Assembly: GCA_963764715.1 (NCBI GenBank)
Contig: CAVXTP010000012.1
Location: 64,001-128,000, forward strand
Direction of reading: 5' to 3'
Origin: an uncultured Acidobacteriota bacterium
GTDB taxonomy: Bacteria > Acidobacteriota > Thermoanaerobaculia > UBA5066 > Gp7-AA6
Length of the DNA stretch: 64,000 nt
Shown here piece by piece: positions 17,006 to 27,182 of this stretch (positions are counted from its first letter, which is position 1; the number at the start of each line of letters is the position of its first letter). Under the pieces are notes generated by a model. It was not told where the DNA came from. It saw only the letters and a program-made list of their open reading frames with translations, and did no database searches. Made by a program: the position numbers and the translations under genes.

Positions 17006-20000
17006 TCACTCCCACCAATATTTCCCCCGCTTCCTCTCTCTCGACGCCGTCTCGTTCATCGTCGCGGCGTCGTAGAGGCGGCCGTTGACCATCGTCCAGG
17101 ACACCTTCTCCGACTGCCGGATGTCCTGCAGGGGATTGCCGTCGATGACGATGACGTCGGCGAGCTTGCCGGCCTCGAGCGTTCCGACGTCCCGGTCCAT
17201 GCCGAGGCTCTTCGCGCCGTTGGCGGTCGCGCAGCGCAGCGCCTCGTGCGGCGACAGGCCTCCCTGGACGAGCATCCAGAGCTCCCAGTGGAGACCCAGC
17301 CCCTCGCGCTGGCCGTGCGCGCCCGTGTTGACGGAGACGCCATCCTTGTCGAGGGTGGCGGCGATCTTCGCGAGGTTGACGTGGTTGAACTCGTCCTCGG
17401 GCGCCATCGTGCGCCGGCGCGAGCGGGGATCGAGGATGAACGCCGGGACGAACTTCGAGAGACGCGGGTTCTCCCAGACGTTGGTCTTCTGATACCAGTA
17501 GTTCTCGCCGAAGAGACCGCCGTACCCGACGAGGAGCGTCGGCGTGTAGCCGACCTTCGTCGGCGGCCAGAGCGTCGTGACGTCGGCGTAGACGTTGGGA
17601 ACGGGGAGGGTGTGCTCGATCGTCGTGTGGCCGTCGACGACCATCGTCATGTCGAGCTCGAAGAGCGACCCGCCCTCGGGCACGACCATGATGCCGACGT
17701 CCTTCGCTCCCGCGATGATCTGCTGGCGCTGGTCGCGGCGCGGCTGCTGGTAGCTCTTCACGGAGATGGCGCCCACCGCCTTCAGGCGCCGCAGGTGCCC
17801 GATGGCGTCGTCGAGGGAGTCGATGTCGGCCTTGAAGTCCCCGGCGGCGCCGTAGAGGATCGTGCCGGTCGAGAAGATGCGCGGGCTGCGGATCAGGCCG
17901 GCGCGCGCGAGCTCGGCCGCGGCGAAGACCTCCCCCGTGTCGTTGGAGGGGTCGTGCGCCGTCGTCACGCCGAAGGCGAGCGAGGCGTCGCTGTGCCAGT
18001 TCTGCTGCGGGGTGATGCCGTCCGAGCCGAAGGCGCCGTGAAAGTGGGCGTCGATGAAGCCGGGCAGCACCGTCTTGCCCGAGGCGTCGATCGTCTTCGC
18101 GCCGGCCGGGACGGCGACCGCTCCCCTCTTTCCGACGGCCGTGATCCGGTTGCCCTGGACGACGACGACGCCGTCCTCGATGACCTCGTCGCCCTTCATC
18201 GTGACGACGCGCCCGCCGGTGAAGGCCACCGTGGTGGTGGGCTCGTCGACGGGGACGTTGAAGCCGATGTCGCGGCCGGCGACCGGCGGATCGGGCAGCT
18301 TCTCGGGCGAGCCGGGCAGGAACGTGAAGGCGTCCTTGAGGTCCCGCTCGAAGAGCTGCGGCCCGAACGACCAGTAGAGGCGCATGGAGTCGCCGGAAAA
18401 GCGGAGGTTCTCGCCGGCGTCCTTCGAGACCTTCGTGACGGGCACGGCCTTGCTCTTCGGGCCGATGTCGACGCGGCGGCCGGTCTCGACGAAGGGCGTG
18501 AGATACGCGTTGAAGCCCTCGCGGAACGCCAGCCACTTGCCGTCGGGCGAGACCTCGAACTCCTGGGCGAGCTCGGAGAGGTAGTACTCGTGGACGTCCG
18601 AGCCGTCGAGCTTGACCGAGGCGAGGACGCGCTTCTCCGGCGCGACCTGGTCGCCGCCGCCCTCGGTCTTGACGAAGAAGACGCGGTCGGAGCTCTTGCC
18701 GAAGCGCGGCGCGAAACCGTCCTCGACGATGAGGGTGGACTTCCCGCCGACCGACGGAACCTGGTAGAGGCCGGGATCCGCGGACCAGGCGGTCGAGCGC
18801 AGGTAGCCGCCCGTCCCCTTCGTGTAGACGATCTTCGAGCCGTCGGGCGAGAAGACGGGCTCGAAGTAGTGGCCGGGCTTGTCCGTGACGACGCGCGAAA
18901 CGCCCGTCGGGACGACGGCCACGCGGATCGAGCCGAGGGTGTCGTCGTTCCACGTCGTGTAGACGAGGGATTTGCCGTCGCGCGACCAGGACGGGTAGAG
19001 CTCGAAGTGATCGGTCTGCGTCGTGAGGCGTCTCGGCGTGCCGTTCGGCAGGTCGCGGACGTAGATGGAGCCGAGCGCCTGGTACGCGACCCGCTTGCCG
19101 TCCGGGGCGACGGCGACCCAGCGGAGCATCCGGACGGGGAAGACGGGCGCCTTCGAGGCGACGTTGGGCGAAGCCGACGCCTGCATCAGGCCCGTCAGCA
19201 CGTCGACGCCGAAGCGGACGGCAGTCGCGGTCTTTCGCGTATCGCGCACGCGGAACGGGATCTCGGCGACCTGCTTGCCGGCGAGGTCGGCGCTGCGGAT
19301 CTTTCCGCCGGACCAGAACACGATGCGCTTCGAGTCCGGGGTCCAGGCCATGCCGGGATAGACGCCCTGGATCGCCCAGGTCTCCTGCATGTCGCGCTCG
19401 AGGCCGTCCCAGATCGGGCGCTCGACGCCCGACTCGATGTCCTTGACGAAGAGCGTCGACTTGTATCGGACGCGGCGGATGAAGGCGAGCGACTTTCCGT
19501 CGGGCGACGGCGTCGGGCGGATCGAGCCGCCCGGGCCCGTGACGTAGCGGATGATCTTGCCGGTCTGGCGGTCGAGCCGCTTGATGACGTAGATCTCGCC
19601 GTTGGGGTCCTTGTTGTACTCGAAGATCTTCCCGGGGGTCGAGTCCTCGGACCAGTAGAGGTAGCGGCCGTCGGGCGAGAAGGCGGGCTCGCCGTCGTCC
19701 TTCTGCTCGGTCGCGCGCTTGGTCATCTGGAGCCCGTCGCCGCCCGTGCGGTGCCAGAGCCAGATCTCCCCCGCGCCGAGCGAGCGGGTGCCCGTGTAGT
19801 GCTTGCGCGCCGCGATGTACTGGGAGTCGGGCGTCCACGCCGGGCTGTTGGGGAGGCGGAACGTCTCCTTCGTCACCTGTTTCGGGTTCTTTCCGTCGCG
19901 GTCGACGATCCAGATGTTGTCGCCGCCGGAGCGGTCGGAGGTGAATGCGATCCACTTGCCGTCGGGCGAAAAGCGCGGCTGCATGTCCCAGGGGATCCCG

Positions 20001-20320
20001 GACGTCAGCGCCCGAGCCTGTCCGCCCGAGATCGGCATCAGGTAGATGTCGCCCAGCAGGTCGAAGGCGATCTCCTTGCCGTCGGGCGAGACGTCGACCG
20101 ACATCCAGGTGCCGGTGTCGACGTCGAGGGGCACCTCCACGTCGAAGGGGTACGGCGGGTTCGCGACGTCCCACTTGGGCTTCTCCGGCTCCTTCTCCTT
20201 GGACGGGTCGGCGCCCGGCGGGGCGGAAAGCGGCTTGTCTCCGTGGGGCTTCGGCGGGTCCTCGGCGCGCAGCAGGCCCGCGCACAGGAGGATTGCGACG
20301 GCGGCGAGGCGGTGTTTCAT
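17006..20320 (-). CDS. Amidohydrolase with N-terminal PD40/TolB beta-propeller repeats
   Basis: Many SPDG repeats; PGFIDAHFH, GVTTAHDP, GAHGQREG, GKLAD. Confidence 0.92.
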   Translation of the reverse strand: MKHRLAAVAILLCAGLLRAEDPPKPHGDKPLSAPPGADPSKEKEPEKPKWDVANPPYPFDVEVPLDVDTGTWMSVDVSPDGKEIAFDLLGDIYLMPISGGQARALTSGIPWDMQPRFSPDGKWIAFTSDRSGGDNIWIVDRDGKNPKQVTKETFRLPNSPAWTPDSQYIAARKHYTGTRSLGAGEIWLWHRTGGDGLQMTKRATEQKDDGEPAFSPDGRYLYWSEDSTPGKIFEYNKDPNGEIYVIKRLDRQTGKIIRYVTGPGGSIRPTPSPDGKSLAFIRRVRYKSTLFVKDIESGVERPIWDGLERDMQETWAIQGVYPGMAWTPDSKRIVFWSGGKIRSADLAGKQVAEIPFRVRDTRKTATAVRFGVDVLTGLMQASASPNVASKAPVFPVRMLRWVAVAPDGKRVAYQALGSIYVRDLPNGTPRRLTTQTDHFELYPSWSRDGKSLVYTTWNDDTLGSIRVAVVPTGVSRVVTDKPGHYFEPVFSPDGSKIVYTKGTGGYLRSTAWSADPGLYQVPSVGGKSTLIVEDGFAPRFGKSSDRVFFVKTEGGGDQVAPEKRVLASVKLDGSDVHEYYLSELAQEFEVSPDGKWLAFREGFNAYLTPFVETGRRVDIGPKSKAVPVTKVSKDAGENLRFSGDSMRLYWSFGPQLFERDLKDAFTFLPGSPEKLPDPPVAGRDIGFNVPVDEPTTTVAFTGGRVVTMKGDEVIEDGVVVVQGNRITAVGKRGAVAVPAGAKTIDASGKTVLPGFIDAHFHGAFGSDGITPQQNWHSDASLAFGVTTAHDPSNDTGEVFAAAELARAGLIRSPRIFSTGTILYGAAGDFKADIDSLDDAIGHLRRLKAVGAISVKSYQQPRRDQRQQIIAGAKDVGIMVVPEGGSLFELDMTMVVDGHTTIEHTLPVPNVYADVTTLWPPTKVGYTPTLLVGYGGLFGENYWYQKTNVWENPRLSKFVPAFILDPRSRRRTMAPEDEFNHVNLAKIAATLDKDGVSVNTGAHGQREGLGLHWELWMLVQGGLSPHEALRCATANGAKSLGMDRDVGTLEAGKLADVIVIDGNPLQDIRQSEKVSWTMVNGRLYDAATMNETASRERKRGKYWWE

Positions 20321-20479
20321 GGAGCGTCCTTTCGGATGGCGAAAAGCCGTGGAATATTAACCGCTGTCGCTTCGCTACGCGCTTGCGGACATGGAGAACC
20401 GGGCACCTCGGGTTGCGGCGGCCGGCACCGGGCGCAAAAATGGGCGGCGTGACCAGGCCAAAAGGGAAAGAAGGGAACC

Positions 20480-21684
20480 ATGAACCCGGAACAGAACCCC
20501 CGCTCCGCCGGGAAGGCGAACGTCTCGTCGGAGCTGACCGAAAAAGGTTCGGCGTTCCTGCATCCCGCGCGGCTGCCCGTGAGCCCCGGCCTCGCTCCCG
20601 AGCACCACGAGGTCGTCGTCATCGGCGCCGGCCAGTCGGGACTCTCGGTCGGCTATCACCTCGCGCGCCGCGGCGTGCCGTTCGTGATTCTCGACGCGAA
20701 CGCGCGCGTCGGCGACCAGTGGCGCCGGCGCTGGGACTCGCTGCGGCTCTTCACGCCCGCCCGGTTCGACGGCCTTCCCGGGATGCCCTTTCCCGCGCTC
20801 CGCGCGAGTCGTTCCCGACCAAGGACGAGATGGCGGACTACCTCGAGGCCTACGCGAAGCACTTCGCGCTGCCGGTCGCGAGCAACGTCCGCGTCGAGCG
20901 GCTCTCGCGCCAGGGCGATCACTACGTCGTCGAGGCCGGAGATCGCCGATTCGTGGCGCGCCAGGTCGTCGTCGCGATGGCGAGCTACCAGAAGCCGCGG
21001 ATACCGGAGTTCGCGCGGGAGCTCGACCGCGCGATCGTGCAGCTCCACTCGAGCGAGTATCGCAACCGCGAGCAGCTCCGGGACGGCCCGGTTCTCATCG
21101 TCGGAGCCGGGAACTCCGGGTCCGAGATCGCCCGCGAGGTCGCGGCGACCCACCCGACCTGGATGGCGGGACGCGACACCGGGCACCTCCCGTTTCGCAT
21201 CGACGGCCCCGTCGCGGGCCGGTTCCTCGTGCCGCTCGTGCTGCGCGTGCTCTTCCATCGGATCTTCACGCTCTCGACGCCGATTGGCCGGCGCGTCCGC
21301 CCGAAGCTGATCGCCCAGGGCGGGCCGCTCATCCGCGTGAAGCCCGCGGACCTCGAGGCCGCCGGCGTCAAGCGCGCACCCCGCGTCACCGGCGTCTCGG
21401 GCGGGCAACCCGTCCTCGCCGACGGCCGCCGGCTCGAGGTGTCGAACGTCATCTGGTCGACGGGATTCCACCCCGGCTTCGCCTGGATCGACCTGCCCGT
21501 CCTCGACGAGCACGGTGAGCCGCGGCAGAACCGGGGCATCGTCGACGGCGAGCCCGGCCTGTACTTCGTCGGGCTGCACTTCCTGTACGCCTTCTCGTCG
21601 ACCATGATCCACGGGGCCGACCGGGACGCCGGGTACGTGGCCGGACGGATCGCGAAGCGCCGGGCGGGGGCTCGCGGACGGTAA
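20480..21684 (+). CDS. FAD/NAD(P)-dependent oxidoreductase (flavin monooxygenase-like), frameshifted near 20798
   Basis: GAGQSG, WDSLRLFTP in one frame; SFPTKDEMADYL, LHSSEY, GAGNSG, WSTGF in the next. Confidence 0.85.
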
Positions 21685-21744
21685 CCGGCTCGGGCGGTTC
21701 CGGCGTGTTCTAGGATGGGCGCGGATTCGACAAGGAGGTCCCGG

Positions 21745-22095
21745 ATGCGCCTGTCGCGAACACTCGCCGTTCTCGTCCTCGCCGCCTGCTCCTCGCCGCT
21801 CCTCCTGGCCCAGGAGCCGAGGAAGATCACCGTCACGGCGAAGAAATACGAGTTCAATCCGTCGCGGATCGAGCTGAAGGTCGGGGAGCCCGTGGAAATC
21901 ACGTTTCAGAGCCTGGACAAGAAGCACGGCTTCGAGTGCAAGGACCTCAAGCTCGAGAAAGTCGTCTTCGACCCGAAAACTCCGGCGACGGTGGCCTTCA
22001 CGCCGGACAAGGCCGGAACGTTCCCCTTCCGGTGCGCCAACTTCTGCGGGTTCGGGCACTCGAAGATGAAAGGCGAGTTCGTCGTCTCCCCGTAG
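21745..22095 (+). CDS. Secreted cupredoxin (CuA-like) protein
   Basis: HGF...FRCANFCGFGHSKM; signal peptide. Confidence 0.85.
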   Translation: MRLSRTLAVLVLAACSSPLLLAQEPRKITVTAKKYEFNPSRIELKVGEPVEITFQSLDKKHGFECKDLKLEKVVFDPKTPATVAFTPDKAGTFPFRCANFCGFGHSKMKGEFVVSP

Positions 22096-22117
22096 CCATG
22101 GCCGCGGGCGCCTCGAG

Positions 22118-23485
22118 ATGATGTCGATGACGAAGTTCCGCAGGGGCGCGCGCGGGCTCGCGGTCCCGCTCGTCCTGTTCCTCGCGGCATGGGCGGCCGG
22201 CGCGCAGTCCCCCCGGCGGCTCGCACTCGTCGGCGGGATGCTCCTCGACGGCTACGACGGCGTGCCGCCCGTCCACTTCGCCGCCGTTCTGATCGAAGGC
22301 AACCGGATCGTCGCGGTCGGCCGCGCCGGCGAAGTGGCAATTCCGCCGGGCACCGAGGTCATCGACACGAGCGGGCGCGTGATGCTGCCGGGCCTGATCG
22401 ACGTCCACGCGCACCTCCAGATCCTGGGGCACGGCGACTACGACCGCTGGGACCCGTGGATCAAGGAGAACGGCCTCGTCGAGAAGGTCGGCGAGATCTC
22501 GGCGAGAGAGCTCCTGATGGCCGGGGTCACGTCCGCCGTCGACCTCGGGGGAACGCTGAAGGAGAGCCTCTCGGTCCGCGACCGGATCCGGAAGGGCGAG
22601 ATCCCGGGGCCGCGGATGTCGGTCAGCGGGCCCTGGATCACGCGGGACCTCGGCGACTACCCCGTCGCGCTGCCGAACCAGCTCCTGATCGACACCCCCG
22701 CCGAGGCGGCGAAGGCGACCGAGGACCTCGCGAAGGCCGGCGTCGACGTCATCAAGGCGTACGTCGGCCTGACCCCCGCACACTACAAGGCCATCGTCGA
22801 CGCGGCGCACCGGCACAAGCTGCGCGTGCACGCCCACGTCTACATGCCGGCGGACGTCCGGAACGCCTTCGAGTCGGGCGTCGACGTGCTGCAGCACGTC
22901 GGATCCGCGGGAATGCCGACGTACGACCCGGAGCTCGTCCGGGCGATCGCCGCGAAGGGCACCGCGGTCGTCGTCACCGCGGCGCACCGGGCGTTCCTCT
23001 TCCCCGCCACGGTCGCCTTCCCCGAGCGGCTCCAGGACCCGCAGCTCAAGGCCGACTTCGGGCCGCAGATCTGGGCGGAGGTCCAGAAGTCGCTCGTCGG
23101 GTTCCAGCGGCTCTCGTACTTCTCCGCGACCGACCAGGAGATCCGCTTCGCGAAGGCGTCGCTCGGTCAGTGGATCGAGTCGAACGCGACGCTCGGGATG
23201 GGGACCGACTCGGGAACCCCGATGAACTTCCACACCGAGGCGCTCTGGCGCGAGATCAAGGCCCACGTCGACACGGGCATGTCGCCGCAGCGGGCCATCG
23301 CCGCCGCGACCCGGATCAACGCCGCCATCCTGGGCAAGGACAAGGAGCTCGGCACGATCGAGCCCGGCAAGCTCGCCGACATCATCGTCGTGCGCGGCGA
23401 CCCGATCTTCGACGTGACCGCCCTCTCGAACGTGGAGGTCGTCGTGAAGGACGGGGTCGTGTCCAAGGGCGGGAGCCGCAAGTAG
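22118..23485 (+). CDS. Amidohydrolase family protein
   Basis: PGLIDVHAH, HAH, MGTDSG, GKLAD. Confidence 0.9.
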   Translation: MMSMTKFRRGARGLAVPLVLFLAAWAAGAQSPRRLALVGGMLLDGYDGVPPVHFAAVLIEGNRIVAVGRAGEVAIPPGTEVIDTSGRVMLPGLIDVHAHLQILGHGDYDRWDPWIKENGLVEKVGEISARELLMAGVTSAVDLGGTLKESLSVRDRIRKGEIPGPRMSVSGPWITRDLGDYPVALPNQLLIDTPAEAAKATEDLAKAGVDVIKAYVGLTPAHYKAIVDAAHRHKLRVHAHVYMPADVRNAFESGVDVLQHVGSAGMPTYDPELVRAIAAKGTAVVVTAAHRAFLFPATVAFPERLQDPQLKADFGPQIWAEVQKSLVGFQRLSYFSATDQEIRFAKASLGQWIESNATLGMGTDSGTPMNFHTEALWREIKAHVDTGMSPQRAIAAATRINAAILGKDKELGTIEPGKLADIIVVRGDPIFDVTALSNVEVVVKDGVVSKGGSRK

Positions 23486-23487
23486 CC

Positions 23488-23907
23488 GTGCTGCAGGTGA
23501 CGCCCTCGCTCGCGATCCGGGAGTTCGAGCTCTCCGAGCGGTTCGTGCGGGCGTCGGGGCCCGGCGGGCAGAACGTCAACAAGGTCGCGACGGCCGTCGA
23601 GCTGCGCTTCGACGTCGGCCGGTCGTCGCTGCCGGAGGACGTGAAGGTTCGCCTCGCTTCGCTCGCCGGCAAGCGCATGGGCGCCGACGGGGTCCTGCTG
23701 ATCGACAGCCGCGCCCATCGGACGCAGGCGCAGAACCGCGCCGCGGCCCGCGAGCGCCTGGTCGAGCTCGTGCGCCGGGCGTCCGTCCGTCCGAAGGCGC
23801 GCCGGAAGACGAAGCCGAGCAAGGCGGCGCGCGAGCGGCGGATCGAGGCGAAGGTCCAGCGCTCGCGGATCAAGGCCGGCCGGGGGCGCGTGCGGGGCGA
23901 GGAGTAG
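23488..23907 (+). CDS. arfB: Alternative ribosome rescue factor B
   Basis: RASGPGGQNVNKV, RTQ.QNR and basic C-tail; GTG 23488. Confidence 0.92.
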   Translation: MLQVTPSLAIREFELSERFVRASGPGGQNVNKVATAVELRFDVGRSSLPEDVKVRLASLAGKRMGADGVLLIDSRAHRTQAQNRAAARERLVELVRRASVRPKARRKTKPSKAARERRIEAKVQRSRIKAGRGRVRGEE

Positions 23908-23990
23908 GCGTCCCCCTTTCTGACCCCCTTATCCGCAGTTTCCCGCGTCATAAGATGAAGGACAGGAATCCCAACGAAGGGGGCTGTGCG

Positions 23991-26606
23991 ATGCCGACCA
24001 GGAACCACCGGGTCGAGGCATTCGTTCTCTCCGCGTGCGTGCTGGCCGCCGGCCTCCTCGCCGACCCGGTCTCGGCGCGCCCGACCGATACATCAGCCCC
24101 TACGGCGCCCGCCTCGGTCACCCTCTGGGACCAGACGGACTCCGGGGCCGGAGGGGCGGCCAACGTCATCTCGCAGGACTTCCAGCCAGCCCAGGACGCA
24201 TTCGACTGCGAGGCCGCCGACGATTTCTACGTGCCGGCCGGAACGGCCTGGGGGATCCAGACGGTCGTGGCGCTCGGCAGCTTCAACGGGGCCGGCCCTC
24301 CCTCCTCCGTCGACCTCGTGTTCTATGCCGACCAGGCCGGCTCGCCCGGCGCGGCGGTCTGCGCGTATCCGACGCAGAGCCCGAACATCTTCGGCGGCGA
24401 TTTCAGCTTCGCGCTCCCCTTTCCCTGCATGCTCCAGCCGGGGCACTACTGGATGTCGGTCCAGGCGAACATGGACAGCTCCGCCGGCAACTGGGGCTGG
24501 CGGCGGCGGACGATCCAGGCCTACGACACCGCGCGCTGGCGCAACCCGGGAAACGGGATCGGAACCGGCTGCACCACCTTCGGGCCGGTCACGACCTGCC
24601 TCGCCGTGCCCGATCCCGACCTGCTCTTCCTCCTCGCCGGGACGACGGCGCCCGTCTTTCCCAACGCGTGCCTGCGGGACACGCGCACGTTTCAAAACGG
24701 CGCGTCCGTCCCGATTCCCACCGGACCGGCGGTCGTCACGTCGACGATCGAGGTGACCGATCTGCTGTTTTCCATCTGGGACGTCAACGTGAAGACCTAC
24801 ATCAAGCACACGTACAACCGGGATCTCGACGTCACGCTGACCGCGCCGGACGGCACGGTCGTGACCCTGACCTCCGACAACGGCGAAGACCTCGACGACG
24901 TCTTCAACGGAACGCTCTGGGACGACCAGGCGGACCCGGGTGGACAGGTCCCCTACGACACGAACGACCGACTGGTGACCGATCGCGCCTACGTGGACGG
25001 AGTCCCCGCCGTGACCCTCACGCCGGAGGAGGCGCTGGGCGCATTCAACGGCCACTTCCCCGGAGGCACGTGGACGCTGACCATCTCGGACGATCTCGCC
25101 GGCGACGGGGGGTCTCTCGACGGCTGGGAGCTCACGATCGCGACGGCCCAGACGGCGACGACCAATCGCACCGTCTTCCTGGCGAGCGCGGCTCCCGTTC
25201 CGATTCCCGACGGCCCCGTCGTCGTGACCGACTCGGTCGTCTTCCCCGCCAGCTTCGGTCATCACGTCTGCAACGTCAAAGTGCAGACCAGGATCCACCA
25301 CACCGCCAACGACAACCTCGACATCACGCTCACCTCTCCGTCGCAGCGCGTCGTGACGCTGACGACCGACAACGGTCTCTCGTTCGACGACGTCTTCGCC
25401 GGAGCGTTCGGCACCCTCTGGGACGACGCGGCCGATCCCGGCGGCCAGGTCCCCTACGTCACGAACGACGGCCTCGTCACCGACCGCGCGTATGCGGACG
25501 GGGTCGCGGCGACGACCCTCGTCCCGGAAGAACCGCTCGCGGCCTTCATGGGCGAGGATCCCGGCGGCGAATGGGTGCTGACGGTCTCCGACGATACGCC
25601 CGGGGACGGCGGCACGCTCGACCAGTGGGGCGTCCTGATCCGCACCTGCACCTGCGCGATGGCGGAGCCGACCGCGCTCAACGTGGACGGGCATTCGGAC
25701 GGAGGAACCGCCTCGAACGTGAACGGCGTCTTCGAGCCCGGCGAGACGGTTCGAATCGAGCCGGCCTGGAAGAATCCGGGCGTGACGGCCTTCGATCTCG
25801 TCGGCAACATCAACATCACGACCGCGTCCGACGTGACGGTCGAGGACGGCTCGGCGTCCTTCGGACCGCTGGTCCCCGGGGCCGAGGCGAGCTGTTTCGA
25901 CGCGACGGGCGACTGCTATGCCGTGAGTGCGGCCAATCCGCGGCCCGGCATTCACTGGGACGAGGACATGGTCGAGTTCTCGACCCCCCTCGATCTCACC
26001 GACGCGCCGCCCACGCTCACCCAGCACTGGAAGCTCCACCTCGGCGCGAGCTTCGGGGACGTGCCGACGTCGAACCCCTTCTACCGCTTCGTCGAGACGA
26101 TCTTCCACAACGAGGTCACGGGAGGCTGCGGCGGCTCGAGCTACTGCCCGGGCAATCAGACGTTGCGCAAGCAGATGGCGGTGTTCGTGCTGAAGAGCCT
26201 GCTGGGGCCGTTCTACACGCCTCCGGCGTGCACGGGAGCCTTCACGGACGTGCCGTGCCCGGGGCCGTTCACCGACTGGATCGAGGATCTCTACTTCCGC
26301 GGCATCGTCAACGGCTGCGGCGCGGGCCCGACGTACTGCCCGGACAACCCGGTGCTGCGGCAGCAGATGGCGGTCTTCCTCCTGAAGACGAAGTACGGGT
26401 CGCTCTACACGCCGCCGGCCTGCGCCGGGATCTTCCCGGACGTCCCTTGCTCCAACCCGTTCGCGCCCTGGATCGAGGATCTCTTCAGCCGCGGGATCGC
26501 CGCGGGCTGTTCCGGCGGCAACTACTGCCCGGCCAACCCCACGACGCGCGGGCAGATGGCGCCGTTCCTGACCAAGACGTTCGGGCTCCTGCTGTACGGG
26601 CCGTAG
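23991..26606 (+). CDS. Secreted protein with two proprotein convertase P-like domains and triple SLH-like domain
   Basis: Duplicated H...DLDxTL..P...GxWxL.x.DD..GDGGxL..W domains and three GC..YCP repeats. Confidence 0.85.
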   Translation: MPTRNHRVEAFVLSACVLAAGLLADPVSARPTDTSAPTAPASVTLWDQTDSGAGGAANVISQDFQPAQDAFDCEAADDFYVPAGTAWGIQTVVALGSFNGAGPPSSVDLVFYADQAGSPGAAVCAYPTQSPNIFGGDFSFALPFPCMLQPGHYWMSVQANMDSSAGNWGWRRRTIQAYDTARWRNPGNGIGTGCTTFGPVTTCLAVPDPDLLFLLAGTTAPVFPNACLRDTRTFQNGASVPIPTGPAVVTSTIEVTDLLFSIWDVNVKTYIKHTYNRDLDVTLTAPDGTVVTLTSDNGEDLDDVFNGTLWDDQADPGGQVPYDTNDRLVTDRAYVDGVPAVTLTPEEALGAFNGHFPGGTWTLTISDDLAGDGGSLDGWELTIATAQTATTNRTVFLASAAPVPIPDGPVVVTDSVVFPASFGHHVCNVKVQTRIHHTANDNLDITLTSPSQRVVTLTTDNGLSFDDVFAGAFGTLWDDAADPGGQVPYVTNDGLVTDRAYADGVAATTLVPEEPLAAFMGEDPGGEWVLTVSDDTPGDGGTLDQWGVLIRTCTCAMAEPTALNVDGHSDGGTASNVNGVFEPGETVRIEPAWKNPGVTAFDLVGNINITTASDVTVEDGSASFGPLVPGAEASCFDATGDCYAVSAANPRPGIHWDEDMVEFSTPLDLTDAPPTLTQHWKLHLGASFGDVPTSNPFYRFVETIFHNEVTGGCGGSSYCPGNQTLRKQMAVFVLKSLLGPFYTPPACTGAFTDVPCPGPFTDWIEDLYFRGIVNGCGAGPTYCPDNPVLRQQMAVFLLKTKYGSLYTPPACAGIFPDVPCSNPFAPWIEDLFSRGIAAGCSGGNYCPANPTTRGQMAPFLTKTFGLLLYGP

Positions 26607-26680
26607 CCTTTCCTCTTGTGAGAGAGCCGGAGCGGATGTAGCTTCCGGCCGTTGCTTTCGATGAAGAACAGGAGGCGGGC

Positions 26681-27124
26681 ATGAGGACGAGGATTCTTGC
26701 GGGTGTCGTGTGTCTTCTGGCGGCGGGTCAGGTCCTGGCCCAGATGGCGGCCCACAAGGCCATCGTGATGCCGGCGGCGGACATGAAGTTCGTGGACATG
26801 GTCGGCGGACCTCCGGGCATCAAGATCGCCCCGCTCTGGGGCGACTACCAGAAGGGGGCGTTCGGCGCCCTGATCAAGTTCCCGGCGGGGGCGAGCGCTC
26901 CCCTGCACACGCACACGAGCGACATGCGCATCGTCGTGGTGTCGGGAACGTTCATTCACGGGCCGGAGGGCAAGACTCCCATCCGGCTGGGCCCGGGCTC
27001 CTACCTCATGCAGGCGGGCGGGGACTACCGTCACACCACCGAGTGCGACAAGGCTTCCGAGTGCGTCATGTTCGCGGACGGCAAGGGCAAGTTCGACATC
27101 CACATGGTGGAGGCCAAAAAGTAG
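26681..27124 (+). CDS. Cupin / DUF4437-like secreted protein
   Basis: LWGD..KG, PLHTHTSD, HTTEC. Confidence 0.8.
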   Translation: MRTRILAGVVCLLAAGQVLAQMAAHKAIVMPAADMKFVDMVGGPPGIKIAPLWGDYQKGAFGALIKFPAGASAPLHTHTSDMRIVVVSGTFIHGPEGKTPIRLGPGSYLMQAGGDYRHTTECDKASECVMFADGKGKFDIHMVEAKK

Positions 27125-27182
27125 CGACGCGAGGCGGAGAATCGATCGCCGGAGCAGCGCGGGCCGCTCCGGCACCCGGTCC

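Noticed and set aside
16889-20452. Long antisense and alternate-frame ORFs (this one, 55245-58637, 24035-26641 and similar)
   Set aside because: Arg/Gly/Pro-rich shadows of real high-GC genes with no recognisable motifs.
20790-20810. Programmed frameshifting
   Set aside because: No slippery sequence seen, and several unrelated genes show similar breaks, favouring assembly error.
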